Below, one piece after another: positions 1 through 12,800 of a stretch of DNA of 64,000 bases. Where the stretch lies: positions 139,201 to 203,200 of the forward strand of contig NIVC01001776.1 in NCBI GenBank assembly GCA_002269645.1, read 5' to 3'. The first letter of the stretch is position 1; every line of letters starts with the position of its first letter. A program made the translations under genes and the position numbers. This stretch comes from Macrostomum lignano. Its lineage: Eukaryota. Below the pieces are notes generated by a model. The model searched no databases and had not been told where the DNA came from. It saw only the letters and a program-made list of their open reading frames with translations.

Positions 1-1533
1 TAGCAAGAGGATGGGAGAAATCAGCCGACACGCGCGTGATGCGTGAACAAGCATCCAGCCTTGGCAGCAACTCCCCAGATGCACAAGATCTGCATGCCTA
101 AAAATAGTCCTGATGATCGGCGAGCAAGAAGCCCAGCCATGCGACCCTCGCGTGATGCATGCACAACCTCTGACCGACACTGCCTATTGGGCCTCGAAAT
201 CCCACTCTCTCTCCCTACTGCTCCTATTCCTCGTTGCTCGCGTACAGTGTGCTAGCTTATAAAATATACTGATTGAAGAGGAAAGATCCTCGCCTGAAGT
301 TTGAGAATGTGACTCTAGAGATCACAAAGAGAAAGTTACCATCGAGGTCCATTGTTCGTTGTCTTCCTGAACTGTTGGCAGAAGGAAACGATAATATGGG
401 AAAACCCCATATAATTTTTCGTTTCAATTGGTTCCACTGACCGCGTGAGTCGCCGCTAGACAGAAGTCTCAGACACCATGCAGTTACCGCTCTGCTGCAT
501 GTCTTCAACAGCCATTCGAATGAATCGAGAACTGAGACTTTCCTGCCTTCAGTAAAGGAAAACTTCGAACTAAACAAGACCAATGGACGAAGATCAAGAA
601 GCGACGCAGTTTACCCTTCCAAGAAGAAACTTTCGTTGAGAGATCTACACAATCAATTTGGTCAAGACGGTATTTTTCCGACGTCCTATTTAACTGCAAT
701 GTACCTTCAGCCAGCATCCCGATCTGACTGTCTACCAGACGCTGTTTCAATTTGTCGAGTCTCCGTGTCCAGTCCTATTTGCGTCACTGTTTAGGGCATC
801 GAAAAGCCCATTCAATTTGTCGAGTTTCCGAGTTCACGTGAATCCCCCTCTCAGATCTGATTAAATAGTCAAGAGGATATGCTGGTACAATTCATCCACT
901 GTTGTCACAAGTTCACTTTGCCCCTTGACCAAGTTTCGTGTTTCAACAACATCAACTCAACTGCAAGTTACCAAGTGGTACTGCGTATCGCAAGCAAATG
1001 CACAACTGTACGCCATGTCATCATTGCTCCAAGCTTATTTTCAACAGAGCTCGGAGGGCCTCGCTTCCCTGAAAAAAGAGCGACTGAAGTGAAACGAAGG
1101 CGCCGTTAGCAAGAGGATGGGAGAAATCAGCCGACACGCGCGTGATGCGTGAACAAGCATCCAGCCTTGGCAGCAACTCCCCAGATGCACAAGATCTGCA
1201 TGCCTAAAAATAGTCCTGATGATCGGCGAGCAAGAAGCCCAGCCATGCGACCCTCGCGTGATGCATGCACAACCTCTGACCGACACTGCCTATTGGGCCT
1301 CGAAATCCCACTCTCTCTCCCTACTGCTCCTATTCCTCGTTGCTCGCGTACAGTGTGCTAGCTTATAAAATATACTGATTGAAGAGGAAAGATCCTCGCC
1401 TGAAGTTTGAGAATGTGACTCTAGAGATCACACAGAGAAAGTTACCATCGAAGTCCATTGTTCGTTGTCTTCCTGAACTGTTGGCAGAAGGAAACGATAA
1501 TATGGGAAAAACCCATATAAATTTTTCGTTTCA
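1..1533 (+). mobile_element. Small non-autonomous LTR retroelement (TRIM-like); 5' LTR truncated by the window edge
   Basis: Positions 1-426 are repeated almost identically at 1107-1533, and both copies end in TTTCA. The first copy is followed by TGGTTCCACTGACCG (429-443), which resembles the complement of the tRNA-Glu(CUC) 3' end (TGGTTCCCTGACCG) and so looks like a PBS. A purine-rich stretch (AAATAGTCAAGAGGA) precedes TG at ~880, the putative start of the 3' LTR. TATAAAA lies inside the LTR at ~258 and ~1364. The ~450-bp interior has no gag/pol motifs. Confidence 0.7.
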
Positions 1534-1584
1534 ACCCCACCTAGGGAAAATGGGGTGTCAATGTTGGCCGCACAGATACTAAAT

Positions 1585-2003
1585 TAACTAGATGGGCCAC
1601 TCGCGCATATATACTTAGTAAAGCAGCTTTCTACTTTCATTTCAGTAGCAAAGAAGAATACATAAGCTAATTTATAAAAATAAAGGCAGCTGAAATGACT
1701 TCGATAAGTTTAGAAGCAGGCGTAAACAACTTGCTAATTGGTTCAGCAGTAATGTACATAGGCCAGTCCGCTCAAATGTACATGGCTGCTTTTGTCTGGA
1801 ATTCCGAGAGAGGCAATAAAAATTGGAGCGGGGCAAGCGTAGAAAGCCGTAGTGTGGAAAGGCGCGGTTGAAGGGTTTAAGCTGGGGGTAAGAGCCAATT
1901 AATGAGTCTTGGCTTTAAACATTTAAATTAAAATGCTTCTGTTAAACTTACTACTGAACTGAAGTAGCTTACACGCAAATGTGCTAAGTAGCCCATCTAG
2001 TTA
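1585..2003. mobile_element. MITE-like element with terminal inverted repeats and possible TA target duplication
   Basis: TAACTAGATGGGC (1585-1597) and GCCCATCTAGTTA (1991-2003) form a perfect 13-bp inverted repeat with TA at both outer ends. The interior is non-coding. Confidence 0.5.
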
Positions 2004-2395
2004 TTCTAGTATTTGTGCTGTTTTCTTCAACCGCAAATCTACAACAAACAAATTCATTTAAAAATACGATATTGCAGCTGACAGCCTTTGCGAGCATGCA
2101 GAACTAGCTGTGTATCCATGGAAACGCGTCATTGGGACGAGATTTAATACAGAGTGGTGGCACTGTTAATCTCCTGCGAATAGAGAATACGACTGCCTAC
2201 TGGTCATTGCAATCTGCAGTGTCGTAAGTTTTGTCGAGTTCAAAGGTGCCGCAGCCTCTAGCGGGACGTTATCTTATCTTACACTGTAGATGCATGTCTG
2301 TTGGTAAAGTTTGCTCATTATTAGCTGCAGCGCTAAACTCTTCAGCAGGGAGAACTGAAATCTTGCTAAAGATTCTTTGAAATTTTGTGCTGACG

Positions 2396-2925
2396 TTTGG
2401 ACCCTTTCCCATAGAATCCTGGACCATTTCCCATAGAATCTTGGACCCTTTTCCCATGGAATCCTGGACCCTTTCCCATAGAATCCTGGACCCTTTCCCA
2501 TGGAATCCTGGACCCTTTCACATAGAATCCTGGACCCTTTCCCATGGAATCCTGGACCCTTTTCCCATGGAATACTGGACCCTTTCCCATAGAATCCTGG
2601 ACCCTTTCCCATGGAATACTGGACCCTTTCCCATAGAATCCTGGACCCTTTCCCATGGAATCCTGGACCCTTTCACATAGAATCCTGGACCCTTTCCCAT
2701 GGAATCCTGGACCCTTTCACATAAAATCCTGGACCCTTTCCCATGGAATCCTGGACCCTTTTCCAATGGAATCCTGGACCCTTTTCCCATGGAATCCTGG
2801 ACCCTTTTCCAATGAAATCCTGGACCCTTTCCCGTAGAATCCTGGACCCTTTTCCCATGGAATCCTGGACCCTTTTCCCATAGAATCCTGGACCCTTTCC
2901 CATAGAATCCGAAACCCTTTCCCAT
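2396..2925. repeat. 22-23 bp minisatellite (GGACCCTTTCCCATAGAATCCT)
   Basis: Tandem units are visible directly and explain all the overlapping MGKGPGF/ERVQDS ORFs. Confidence 0.95.
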
Positions 2926-3195
2926 AGAATTCCCTTTCAAACAGAGCAACATTGATGGGGTGACCATTTTCCTTCAGGTCTCGGAAGAATTCACAAGCTG
3001 ACTTAGCAGCTCCCCAAAGCTGCTCATAGTCCAAGCTGGTATAGGGCGCTACGTACATAAGCGAGAACTCAGGCTGCACAGGGCATCGATACACCATGAC
3101 ATTCAGCAGCAGCAGCAGGAGCAGTTGAACTGGATGCAGTCGGCACAACTTGAGACATCTTCATGAAATTCTGTCTGGTAGGAACGAGGCGCACT

Positions 3196-3556
3196 TGAGG
3201 TGACGGTTGATTGGTTTGTGAGTTGGGTAACTGTGGAGGGCTTTGTTTGCTTAACTTCGCTTAGTCACTTTGTTTGCCACTGCGATCTGCGTGTACTCAC
3301 TAAATCATTGTGTACTCTATGCGTACTCTACTCTGTTCAATGTGCATCACTGCACTAGCCATTGCCCCGCCCGTTAAGTCTCTACCATTTTTACCCTCTC
3401 CACTTACAGTGCCAGTGCATAAGTTAAATTCAATATTTACAATATTTAAGCTATTTCACGCAGATCGCAAGTTGCAAACAAAGTGACCAAGCGAAGTTAA
3501 GCAAACAACCCCCCCCCACAGTTACCCAGCTCACAAACCAATCAACCGTCACCTCA
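3196..3556. mobile_element. Foldback/MITE with ~95-bp terminal inverted repeats
   Basis: TGAGGTGACGGTTGATTGGTTTGTGAG...GATCTGCGTG (~3196-3293) is the near-perfect reverse complement of CACGCAGATCGC...AACCGTCACCTCA (~3457-3556). No clear TSD. Confidence 0.7.
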
Positions 3557-4130
3557 CAACTGACGCCAATATGGCTGTCTAGCTAATGCTAAATGAGTGC
3601 TCACCGATTCATTCACTGACAAGCTGCACTGCTCTTCAGCCAGCCATTCGACGCTATGAGAAAATCCTATAAAATCCTATCAGAATTGATTAAATACGAG
3701 GTACAGTCGCAGTTTCAGTTTGCCAATCTGTCAGATTGGATGACAGAGACAGGAAGATGCAGTTCCAGAGATGACAGGTATTGATGCTGCCACGGTTTCG
3801 GTTTCGGATGCAGGTTTGCCAATACAGCGATTAGAAATGTCCACAATTAATTTGCCCCGCAGCAAGCCCAGTGTTTGAATTACACTAGACTCAGGTTGAA
3901 TTTGTCCAAGAGTAGCAACTGTCCGGAGCATACTTAGCTGTGCCCCCGGGTAAACGGAAATGCGACCGTCCATACCTGGCTCATATCAATGCAGGTAGAT
4001 TACAGGTAGGCTGAGAAAACACCCTCTTGTCAGTATTTAATCTAAGCTCAATCCGACTGGCTATCAAGTCGCAGAGCTTTTTCAGAATCGAATCGCAGCT
4101 CATACGGAACAGCGGATTACAGAACAGCAG

Positions 4131-6050
4131 ATGAAGCTAAAAAAACTGATTCCCCGGTGCGGCCCCGGTGCCGCTGATGGCGAGCAGAAACAATTGGAAG
4201 ATGCGCACGAGTCGGATTCAGCCCGCACCGCACGCAAAGCCATGGGGCTGCTCTACGCGGGGCAGTTCTCCCGTTTTGCCGACGCGCTGCAGCAAAATGC
4301 TGAGCTGCTCCGCCACAGTGGATGCAAGTTCTGTGACTACCTGGTCGCCGATGGCAACGCAAACGACTGTCCAAAGCTGTCGCCGTTCTGCCTCGTGCTG
4401 CTCAGTCGGGACGACGAGCTGGCCAGCCGAGCCGTCGAGCTGGTCGACAGCCTCGGTCTGTGGGACCGCGTCCGCTGCGCCCTGTTCCTCCTGGTGGACT
4501 TTTGCTGCTCGAGTCAGGCCTGCTCCGCTGACGAGGCGCAGCTCGCTCGGTTCTTCGTCAGACTGTCGCGCCGGCATCCGGACCCGTGCGCTCGGCTGCT
4601 GAGCGAGGAGCCGACGGCCGACTGCCTGACACCGCTGGAGTACGCGGCGGCCAGGGACTGCTTTCACCTGGCGACAGCGTTCGCCAATGCGCCCGGATAC
4701 CTGATCAGAGAGCGGGAGCATCCGACCGACCCGAGCCTGCTGGTCGAGGAGGTCGACCTCAGCCTCTACTCCAGCGACGGGGACCGCTTTCTCAAGTCAC
4801 CGTTCCTGCAGTTTCTGAAGTCTTCGCAGACTGCGGTTGGGGGAGTTATTCCAGCGAAGTTGATCTGTTTCTATCACAGCCCGGTTGCGCAGGCCTATTT
4901 TCTCAGCGTTGCCCACCTGAAACAGACCTTGCCGGTGGCCTTCATAAGTCTGTTCATCTACATTTTGATTTACTTTTCACTGTTGAGCACGATGACAGTT
5001 CGAATTTTCACGGCGGGCACATTCAACTCCAGCGTGCAGGTGTTCATTCCGAGCGGCGGGAACTCGAACCAGTCCTACCTGCAGGGCATCTCACCGTCTG
5101 TTGTCGCCGCTTTCAAATACGTGTTCTACGTGCGAGTCGCGTTCCAAATCTTCTTCTTGCTAATCTGGCTCTCTTGGATCGTAGCCCGCGTTGTTGATGC
5201 GCACTTTCAGCTCCAGGTAATGCGAACTCGGTCCAAGTTTCTAACCTGGCTTGCAGATGCCGTCTCGATGCGAGGTTGTCTGGTGATGGAATTCTTTGGG
5301 ATTCTGTTCAACATGCTGCAGGTTTGTATGATTTTCATGGAGCTTTACATCTTCAGCGATTCCGGCAGCTACTTTAAGCAAGATGGACGCCTGTTTGTCG
5401 AAGCGACTCGTCTTCAAGTCGCAGTAGCCTTGAACTACTACTTTACTTGCATGTTGGAACTTTTCTTTGTATCCAACATGGCCGGTCACTACCAAGTGTT
5501 CCTAAACTTACTTTTTTGCATGAGTGTGTCCATGAAGCTGGTGCTCTTAACTGTTGTGCCAGTAACTCTGGTTTGCTCAACGTTGCTTCTCAGCCAGCCT
5601 TTTATCGAGTGCTCCAACTACTCACTGGTCTGCGTCATAGAGTACCTTGGCCGGTCTTTCCGCTACGCATTCAGCTTTGCTAGCTTTCCCGGCATCGGCG
5701 ACTACGTTGCGCTGTGGCCGCAGGTCATAGTGTTCCTGCTCGTGGCCGTGTTCATCCTGAACTTCGGCATCGCCCTACTGACCCAGCAGATCAGCGTGCT
5801 GCACGAGAACTTCGAACTCCGCCGAGACATAGTGGGAACTGTGTGGTCGCAGCAGTACGCCACGCTGGGCTTTCTGCTGCGCAGACGCTTTCGGACTAGG
5901 AGGCAGAAGCCTGTGCTGCTGAGCAGAGCGCTGCCCCGGTTCGGGACCGAGTGCGGCAAAACCGATGGTCACTGTGGTGCCACCACCTGTTGCATACAGA
6001 ACTGTTTGAGGCACGCGTTTAAAAAAGTTGCTACCAACTGTGAACTTTGA
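4131..6050 (+). CDS. Divergent TRP-family (TRPV-like) cation channel, single 639-aa ORF
   Basis: Ankyrin-like LTPLEYAAARDCFHL is followed by about six hydrophobic segments. There is a pore-like RYAFSFASFPGIGDY, an S6-like VFILNFGIALLTQQ (compare LLNMLIAMM) and a TRP-box-like VWSQQYATLGFLL (compare TRPV IWKLQRAITILD). An acceptor-like AG just before the ATG means upstream exons cannot be excluded. Confidence 0.7.
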   Translation: MKLKKLIPRCGPGAADGEQKQLEDAHESDSARTARKAMGLLYAGQFSRFADALQQNAELLRHSGCKFCDYLVADGNANDCPKLSPFCLVLLSRDDELASRAVELVDSLGLWDRVRCALFLLVDFCCSSQACSADEAQLARFFVRLSRRHPDPCARLLSEEPTADCLTPLEYAAARDCFHLATAFANAPGYLIREREHPTDPSLLVEEVDLSLYSSDGDRFLKSPFLQFLKSSQTAVGGVIPAKLICFYHSPVAQAYFLSVAHLKQTLPVAFISLFIYILIYFSLLSTMTVRIFTAGTFNSSVQVFIPSGGNSNQSYLQGISPSVVAAFKYVFYVRVAFQIFFLLIWLSWIVARVVDAHFQLQVMRTRSKFLTWLADAVSMRGCLVMEFFGILFNMLQVCMIFMELYIFSDSGSYFKQDGRLFVEATRLQVAVALNYYFTCMLELFFVSNMAGHYQVFLNLLFCMSVSMKLVLLTVVPVTLVCSTLLLSQPFIECSNYSLVCVIEYLGRSFRYAFSFASFPGIGDYVALWPQVIVFLLVAVFILNFGIALLTQQISVLHENFELRRDIVGTVWSQQYATLGFLLRRRFRTRRQKPVLLSRALPRFGTECGKTDGHCGATTCCIQNCLRHAFKKVATNCEL

Positions 6051-6897
6051 GCTAGACTTTTGACTAGAACCATCGGGATATTCCAGCATGAGAATATGTA
6101 CTCCCACTCCCGTTGGGTCCTAGAGTAAACGCCGTGGTAAAATTCACACAAGGCGACGCCAAAGATGGTTCCCGTTGACGAGGTCGTCGTAGGCACGAAA
6201 GTTGTTTTGGGTGGTTGTCGTTGCTGGTGAACTTGTCGGCTTGATTGTTTGTTTGATTGCTGGTTGTTGGTTGTTGGCGCAGTCGTTGTTACGTCATTGA
6301 AACCAGTCTTTGCTTGATCTAGCAACACGCAAATAGTACAAGTTATCAATACTTTGTAATTTATTTTACATCAGTCGCATGATTCGATGGCTCAATCGAT
6401 AGCGGTACATAAAATTAAATTGTATATAAAATTTAATGAGCCCACACATTTGATTTTAATCTCATGATCTATTTACAAATTTACTGTTTAAAACTTCGGT
6501 AACATCTTGAGTAAACCACTAATTAGAGCCGTGTTTGGGCAATTTAAAATAAATAAATATTGAAGTGTTTATACTTTATTTAAATTTTTCCGACGATTTC
6601 ACCTGCTACATAGTATCAATAACAGACCGTTTAAGGAAGCATAAATTAATTTGAAAAGTATCGGGCTGTACAAACGGTTCACTCTGTCCTCATGATGCTG
6701 AACAACAAATAAAAAACATAATGAGCAATGGGGCAAGTCCCTCAATTAAGGCAGCATCTCTTCATCAAATTGTCCACCAAGGCAAGACACGCACTGAAGT
6801 TAAATGAAATTTTAAAAAATGATATAAATTTGGACAGTTTATCGCAAAATATACCATGTTACATGTTGATACATGTTTGAAAAAACGAAGCAACGCT

Positions 6898-9800
6898 TTA
6901 TGAAAAACAAGCTGCTAGGAGTACAGTGAGTGAAGGCAACAGCAGGGACAGCGCTAGGCTACATCTGCATTGGGAAGCTTCTCGAGGCCAGATGACGTTG
7001 TTCGTTGTTGTTGTCAGAGTTGTTGGCGTCGTTATCGTCGGAGTGGTTGTTGTTGAAGTGGTTGTTGTGGGGTTGGTTGTTGTTGGACTGGTTGTTGTTG
7101 AAGTGGTCGTTGTTGGAGTGGTTTTTGTCGGAGCGAGCGTTGTTGGAGTGGTTGTTGTTGGAGTGGTTGTTGTTGGCGTGGTTGTTGTTGGCGTGGTTGT
7201 TGTTGGCGTGGTTGGTGTTGGAGTGGTTGTTGTTGGCGTGGTTGTTGTTGGCGTGGTTGTTGTTGGCGTGGTTGTTATTGGCGTGGTTGTTGTTGGCGTG
7301 GTTGTTGTTGGAGCGAGAGTTGTTGGAGTGGTTGTTGTTGGAGCGAGAGTTGTTGGAGTGGTTGTTGTTGGAGCGAGAGTTGTTGGAGTGGTTGTTGTTG
7401 GAGTGGATGTTGTTGGAGCGAGCGATGTTGGAGTGGTTGTTGTTTGCGAGGTTGTTGTTGGTGTGGTTGTTGTTGGCGTGGTTGTTATTGGCGTGGTTGT
7501 TGTTGGAGTGGTTGTTGTTGGAGCGAGAGTTGTTGGAGTGGTTGTTGTTGGAGTGGATGTTGTTGGAGCGAGCGATGTTGGAGTGGTTGTTGTTTGCAAG
7601 GTTGTTGTTGGTGTGGTTGTTATTGGCGTGGCTGTTGTTGGCGTGGTTGTTGTTGGAGCGAGAGTTGTTGGAGTGGTTGTTGTTGGAGTGGTTGGTGTTG
7701 GAGTGGTTGGTGTTGGAGCGAGAGTTGTTGGAGTGGTTGTTGTTGGAGCGAGCGATGTTGGAGTGGTTGTTGTTGGCGTGGATGTTGTTGGCGTGGATGT
7801 TGTCGGAGCGAGCGTTGTTGGAGTGGTTGTTGTTGGCGTGGTTGTTGTCGGAGCGAGAGTTGTTGGCGTGGTTGTTGTCGGAGCGAGCGTTGTTGGCGTG
7901 GTTGTTGTCGGAGCGAGAGTTGTTGGCGTGGTTGTTGTTGGAGTTGTTGTTGTTGGCGTGGTTGTTGTTGATGTCGAAGTCGCAGGAACTGCAATTAAAA
8001 CAATGTTATAATCCGCTGTTGAGTAAACTCGCGGCAGAGAACAAATACTCAGTCAATAGAATTACACTAGCAGTTAAAAAAACTCACAAGGCGGATGGTT
8101 GGTCATTGAGCCGCCCGTTCCAGCCTGCAGGCAGTTCGGCGGAGCGAAGCCGGGACTGCAGAAGCACTGGCCGCTCTGCGTGCACCAGCCGTTGCCATTG
8201 CAGTTCGGGCAGCGCGTGGTGTTGATGGCCACGCACTGGGAGTCGACGCACATCTGGAAAATAGTTGCGAGTTGGGAATTGAAATATCAGAACTCAGTCA
8301 AGCCCTTCCCGCTGACCCCCCCCCCCGAGAAAGGGCACGAAAATCGGTACTGGGGCTCATGTGATTCACGCCTGAAATATTTCAGCCCCGAAGCAACCCG
8401 GCTAAGTGCGAAAAATTTAATAAGTGCACTCTATTAAATACCGGAGCACCCACCCGTCCGGTTCCGCATTCGGCGCCATTGGGAACGAGCCCAGGGTCCC
8501 GGTAGCCGGAGCTGCGCAAGTCCAGCTGCATAAAAGCGGCGATCACGTTAGTGGAGTTCACGCTGCCCTCGAACACCTTGGCGTCGGCGAGGTTGGCGCC
8601 TTGCCACACCGGAATTGGGTCGCCTGAGGCGATATTTGACGTGCAATACAGCAATCCGCAGCGTTGGTTTCTGGGGGGACGGAGCAGTTTGAGTTGGTCA
8701 TTTCACGGAGAAGTTGAATTAAGGATTAATAAAATGGGATTTAGGATAGACGAATAGGATTAATAAAAATAATATACCAATTGGGATTGATGATTCTGGG
8801 TTTCAGATTGATGATTCTGGGGTTTGGGATGGATGATTCTGGGGTTTGGGATGGATGATTCTGGGGTTTGGGATTGATGATTCTGGGGTTTGGGATTGAT
8901 GATTCTGGGGTTTGGGATTGATGATTCTGGGGTTTGGGATTGATGATTCTGGGGTTTGGGATTGATGATTCTGGGGTTTGGGATTGATGATTCTGGGGTT
9001 TGGGATTGATGACTCTGTGGTTTAGGATGGATGATTCTGGGGTTTGGGATTGATGATTCTGTGGTTTAGGATAGATGATTCTGGGGTTTGGGATTGATGA
9101 TTCTGTGGTTTAGGATGGATGATTCTGGGGTTTGGGATTGATGATTCTGGGGTTTGGGATTGATGATTCTGTGGTTTAGGATGGATGATTCTGGGGTTTG
9201 GGATTGATGATTCTGTGGTTTAGGATGGATGATTCTGGGGTTTGGGATTGATGATTCTGGGGTTTGGGATTGATGATTTTGGGGTTTGGGATTGATGATT
9301 CTGGGGTTTGGGATTGATGATTCTGTGGTTTAGGATGGATGATTCTGGGGTTTGGGATTGATGATTCTGGGGTTTGGGATTGATGATTTTGGGGTTTGGG
9401 ATTGATGATTCCGGGGTTTGGGATTGATGATTTTGGGATTTTGAGTTGATGAATTTGGGATTTGCCACCTCCCCATCTCGATCCCTAGCTCACTCGGGAC
9501 TGCAGCCGGTGTAGTTGTACGCGAGCGGGCTGATTCCGGTCATGCTGTAGTCGCAGTAGCCCAGCTGCGATGCCTGGGTGGTGGCCTCGGAATAAAAGGC
9601 GGGGGCGGCCCAAAAATCCGAGGCGTTGAACATCACGGAGCAGCGGGTGTTGCGGTCCGAGCACCGGCCGTTGAAGCAGTAGGCCTTGAGGGTCAGTGGG
9701 TCAACTGCGGTTCTTGAGTCAAAGGCCCATGATTCAGAGGGTCACAGATTTGTTTACTGATTAACCATAGGGTTACGGAATTATTGAGTCAATGGGTCAT

Positions 9801-12800
9801 TGGATCAACAGGCCAATGAGTCAATGGGTCAATGGGTCAATAGGTCATTGGGTCAATGGTTTATTGGGTCAATAAGTCATTGGTTCAGTAAGTCATTGGG
9901 TCATTGGGTCAATAAGTCATTGGTTCAGTAAGTCATTGGGTCATTGGGTCAATAAGTAATTGGGTCAATAAGTCATTGGTTCATTTGGTCAATGTTTCAT
10001 TGGGTCATTGGATCATTGGGTCAATGGGTCAATGGGTCAGTGGGTCATTGGGTCAATGTTTCATTGGGTCATTGGATCATTGGGTCAATGGGTCAATGGG
10101 TCAGTGGGTCATTGGGTCAATGTTTCATTGGGTCATTGGATCATTGGGTCAATGGGTCAATGGGTCAGTGGGTCATTGGGTCATTGGGTCATTGGGTCAT
10201 TGGTCAATGGGTCATTGGTCAATGGGTCAATGGGTCAATGGGTCATTGGATCATTGGATCAGTGGGTCATTGGGTCAATAAGTCATTGGGTCAATGGGTC
10301 ATTGGTTCAATAAGTCATTGGGTCATTGGGTCAATAAGTCTTTGGGTCATTGGGTCAATGGGTCAGTGGGTCATTGGGTCATTGGGTCATTGGGTCAATA
10401 GGTCAGTGGGTCATTGAGTCATTTGGTCATTGGTCCCAATATCTCCTCACCTGTCCGCTGAGGCACTCTGATCCGTCAATCATGAAGTCATCAAATTCCG
10501 GGCACCATTCGCTGGTCCCGTTACAGTACTCCTCAAGGTCGCAGGCTCGCTTCCTTGGCCGACATACGACGCCCTGCGACTTCAGGCTGCAGGTGGTGAG
10601 GTTGCAGCACTGGCCTGAGGCGCAGGCGGCCCCGCTGGCCAATTTGCAGGTGCTTGGGTTGCAACAGGTGTTGTTGCACCACTGCGGAGCGTGAGATGAG
10701 CTATGAAATTTCATCATACACATACAATATCCTTATCCTACGATATCCCATTCGTATTATATCCCTATCCTACGATATCCCATTCCTGTAATATCCCTAC
10801 CCTACAATATCCCTACCCTACAATATCCCTATCCTACAATATCCCTATCCTACGATATCCCATTCCTATAATATCCCTATCCTACAATATCCCTATCCTA
10901 TAATATCCCTATCCTACAATATCCCTATCCTACAATATCCCTATCCTACAATATCCCAATCCTACAATATCCCTATCCTACAATATCCCTATCCTACAAT
11001 ATCCCTATCCTACAATTCCCTATCCTACAATATCTCTATCCTACAATATCCCTATCCTACAATTCCCTATCCTACAATATCCCTATCCTACAATATCCCT
11101 ATCCTACAATTCCCTATCCTACAATATCTCTATCCTACAATATCCCTATCCTACAATATCCCTATCCTACAATTCCCTATCCTACAATATCTCTATCCTA
11201 CAATATCCCTATCCTACAATATCCCTATCCTACAATTCCCTATCCTACAATATCTCTATCCTACAATATCCCTATCCTACAATTCCCTATCCTACAATAT
11301 CTCTATCCTACAATATCCCTATCCTACAATATCCCTATCCTACAACATCCCTATCCTACAGCATACCTCCCTACAATATCCTTATACACCCTGATTCCCA
11401 CCCGCTGCACCTGAGGCGGTCCGCAGTCGCAGTCCTCCCCGGGCTCGACAATCCGGTTGCCGCACGAGCTCCTGGTGGCGGCCAGGTTCGCCACCGAAGG
11501 CGGGTCGGACATGCAGTATCCGAGCCCGTTGTCCACGCTGAAGTCCTGGTAGCGGAACACGGAGCAGTTGGAGAATCGCATCGGGTTAATCCTGGGATTT
11601 GATTGGACAGGCGACACGCGAGTTAAATCTGCGTTCGTGTACTGAAAATCACGTGCTGGGTCAAGGGGTGCTGAGTCAATGGGTGCTGGGTCAAGAGTTG
11701 CTGGGTCAAGGGGTGCTGGGTCAAGGAGTGCTGGGTCAAGGAGTGCTGGGTCAAGGGTCGCTGTGTCAAGGGCTGCTGGGTCAAGGGGTGCTGGATCAAG
11801 GGGTGCTGGGTCAAGGGGTGCTGGATCAAGGGGTGCTGGGTCAAGGTGTGCTGGATCAAGGGGTGCTGGGTCAAGGGGTCGCTAGGTCAATAATCAAAGA
11901 TAAAAATGTTGGGTCAAGGGGTCGCTGGGTCAATAATCCTAGATAAAGGTGCTGGTTCAATAATCCTAGATGAAGATGCTGGGTCAAGGGGTCGCTGGAT
12001 CAATAATCCTAGATGAAGATGCTGGGTCAAGGGGTCGCTAGGTCAAGGGGTCGCTGGATCAATAATCCTAGATGAAGATGCTGGGTCAAGGGGCTGCTGG
12101 GTCAATAATCCTAGATGAAGATGCTGGGTCAAGGGGCTGCTGGGTCAATAATCCTAGATGAAGATGCTGGGTCAAGGGGCTGCTGGGTTAATAATCCTAG
12201 ATGAAGATGCTGGGTCAGGATGTTGAATCGCAGGGCTACTCATGACTGCGGCTCACTCGGTGCCCACAGCGGCCATGATGCAGCCCTGTCTGTCCGGGCA
12301 GTGGCAGCCTCTTTCGTCCTCGTCGTGGTTCATGCCGAGGTTGTGCCCGAGTTCGTGGGCCACCGTGATGGCCACCCCGATTGCGTTGGCGTCCCGGTCC
12401 TGCGAGGAGGGAGTTTGGCCGTTTTGATTTCGGTTTTCAAAATATTTAACAGTTTCATGAGATATCTATGGGATTTGTCTTATATCTATGAGACTTGCCT
12501 ATATGCATTGAGACTCGGGAAGCTATGAGATTCGCCTAAAAACGAGAATGTCTCACCGAATTGACTCCGCCACCGAAAGCGGAGCTGCACAGCTTGCCCA
12601 GGTGCGCCAAGCCGACATCCGAGCCGGTCATTTTCAGTCCGCTAAAAAAGTTTTTTTGCGTTTAAACAAACTTTCTTGATGAAGGCTGGGTGTCATCTTT
12701 AGGATACAATTGACAGAATGGGACAGTATTGAGCATTTTCTTTTTAGGGCGCCTTGTATTTAAATGAAGGGCGCCGTTTCTACTGTAAGGATGGCGCTAA

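Noticed and set aside
2284-3148. Possible minus-strand gene fragment (LLLLLLLNVMVY...; candidate exon 2284-2354)
   Set aside because: There is no ATG in the hydrophobic frame, no strong donor and no recognisable domain, and downstream frames stop quickly.
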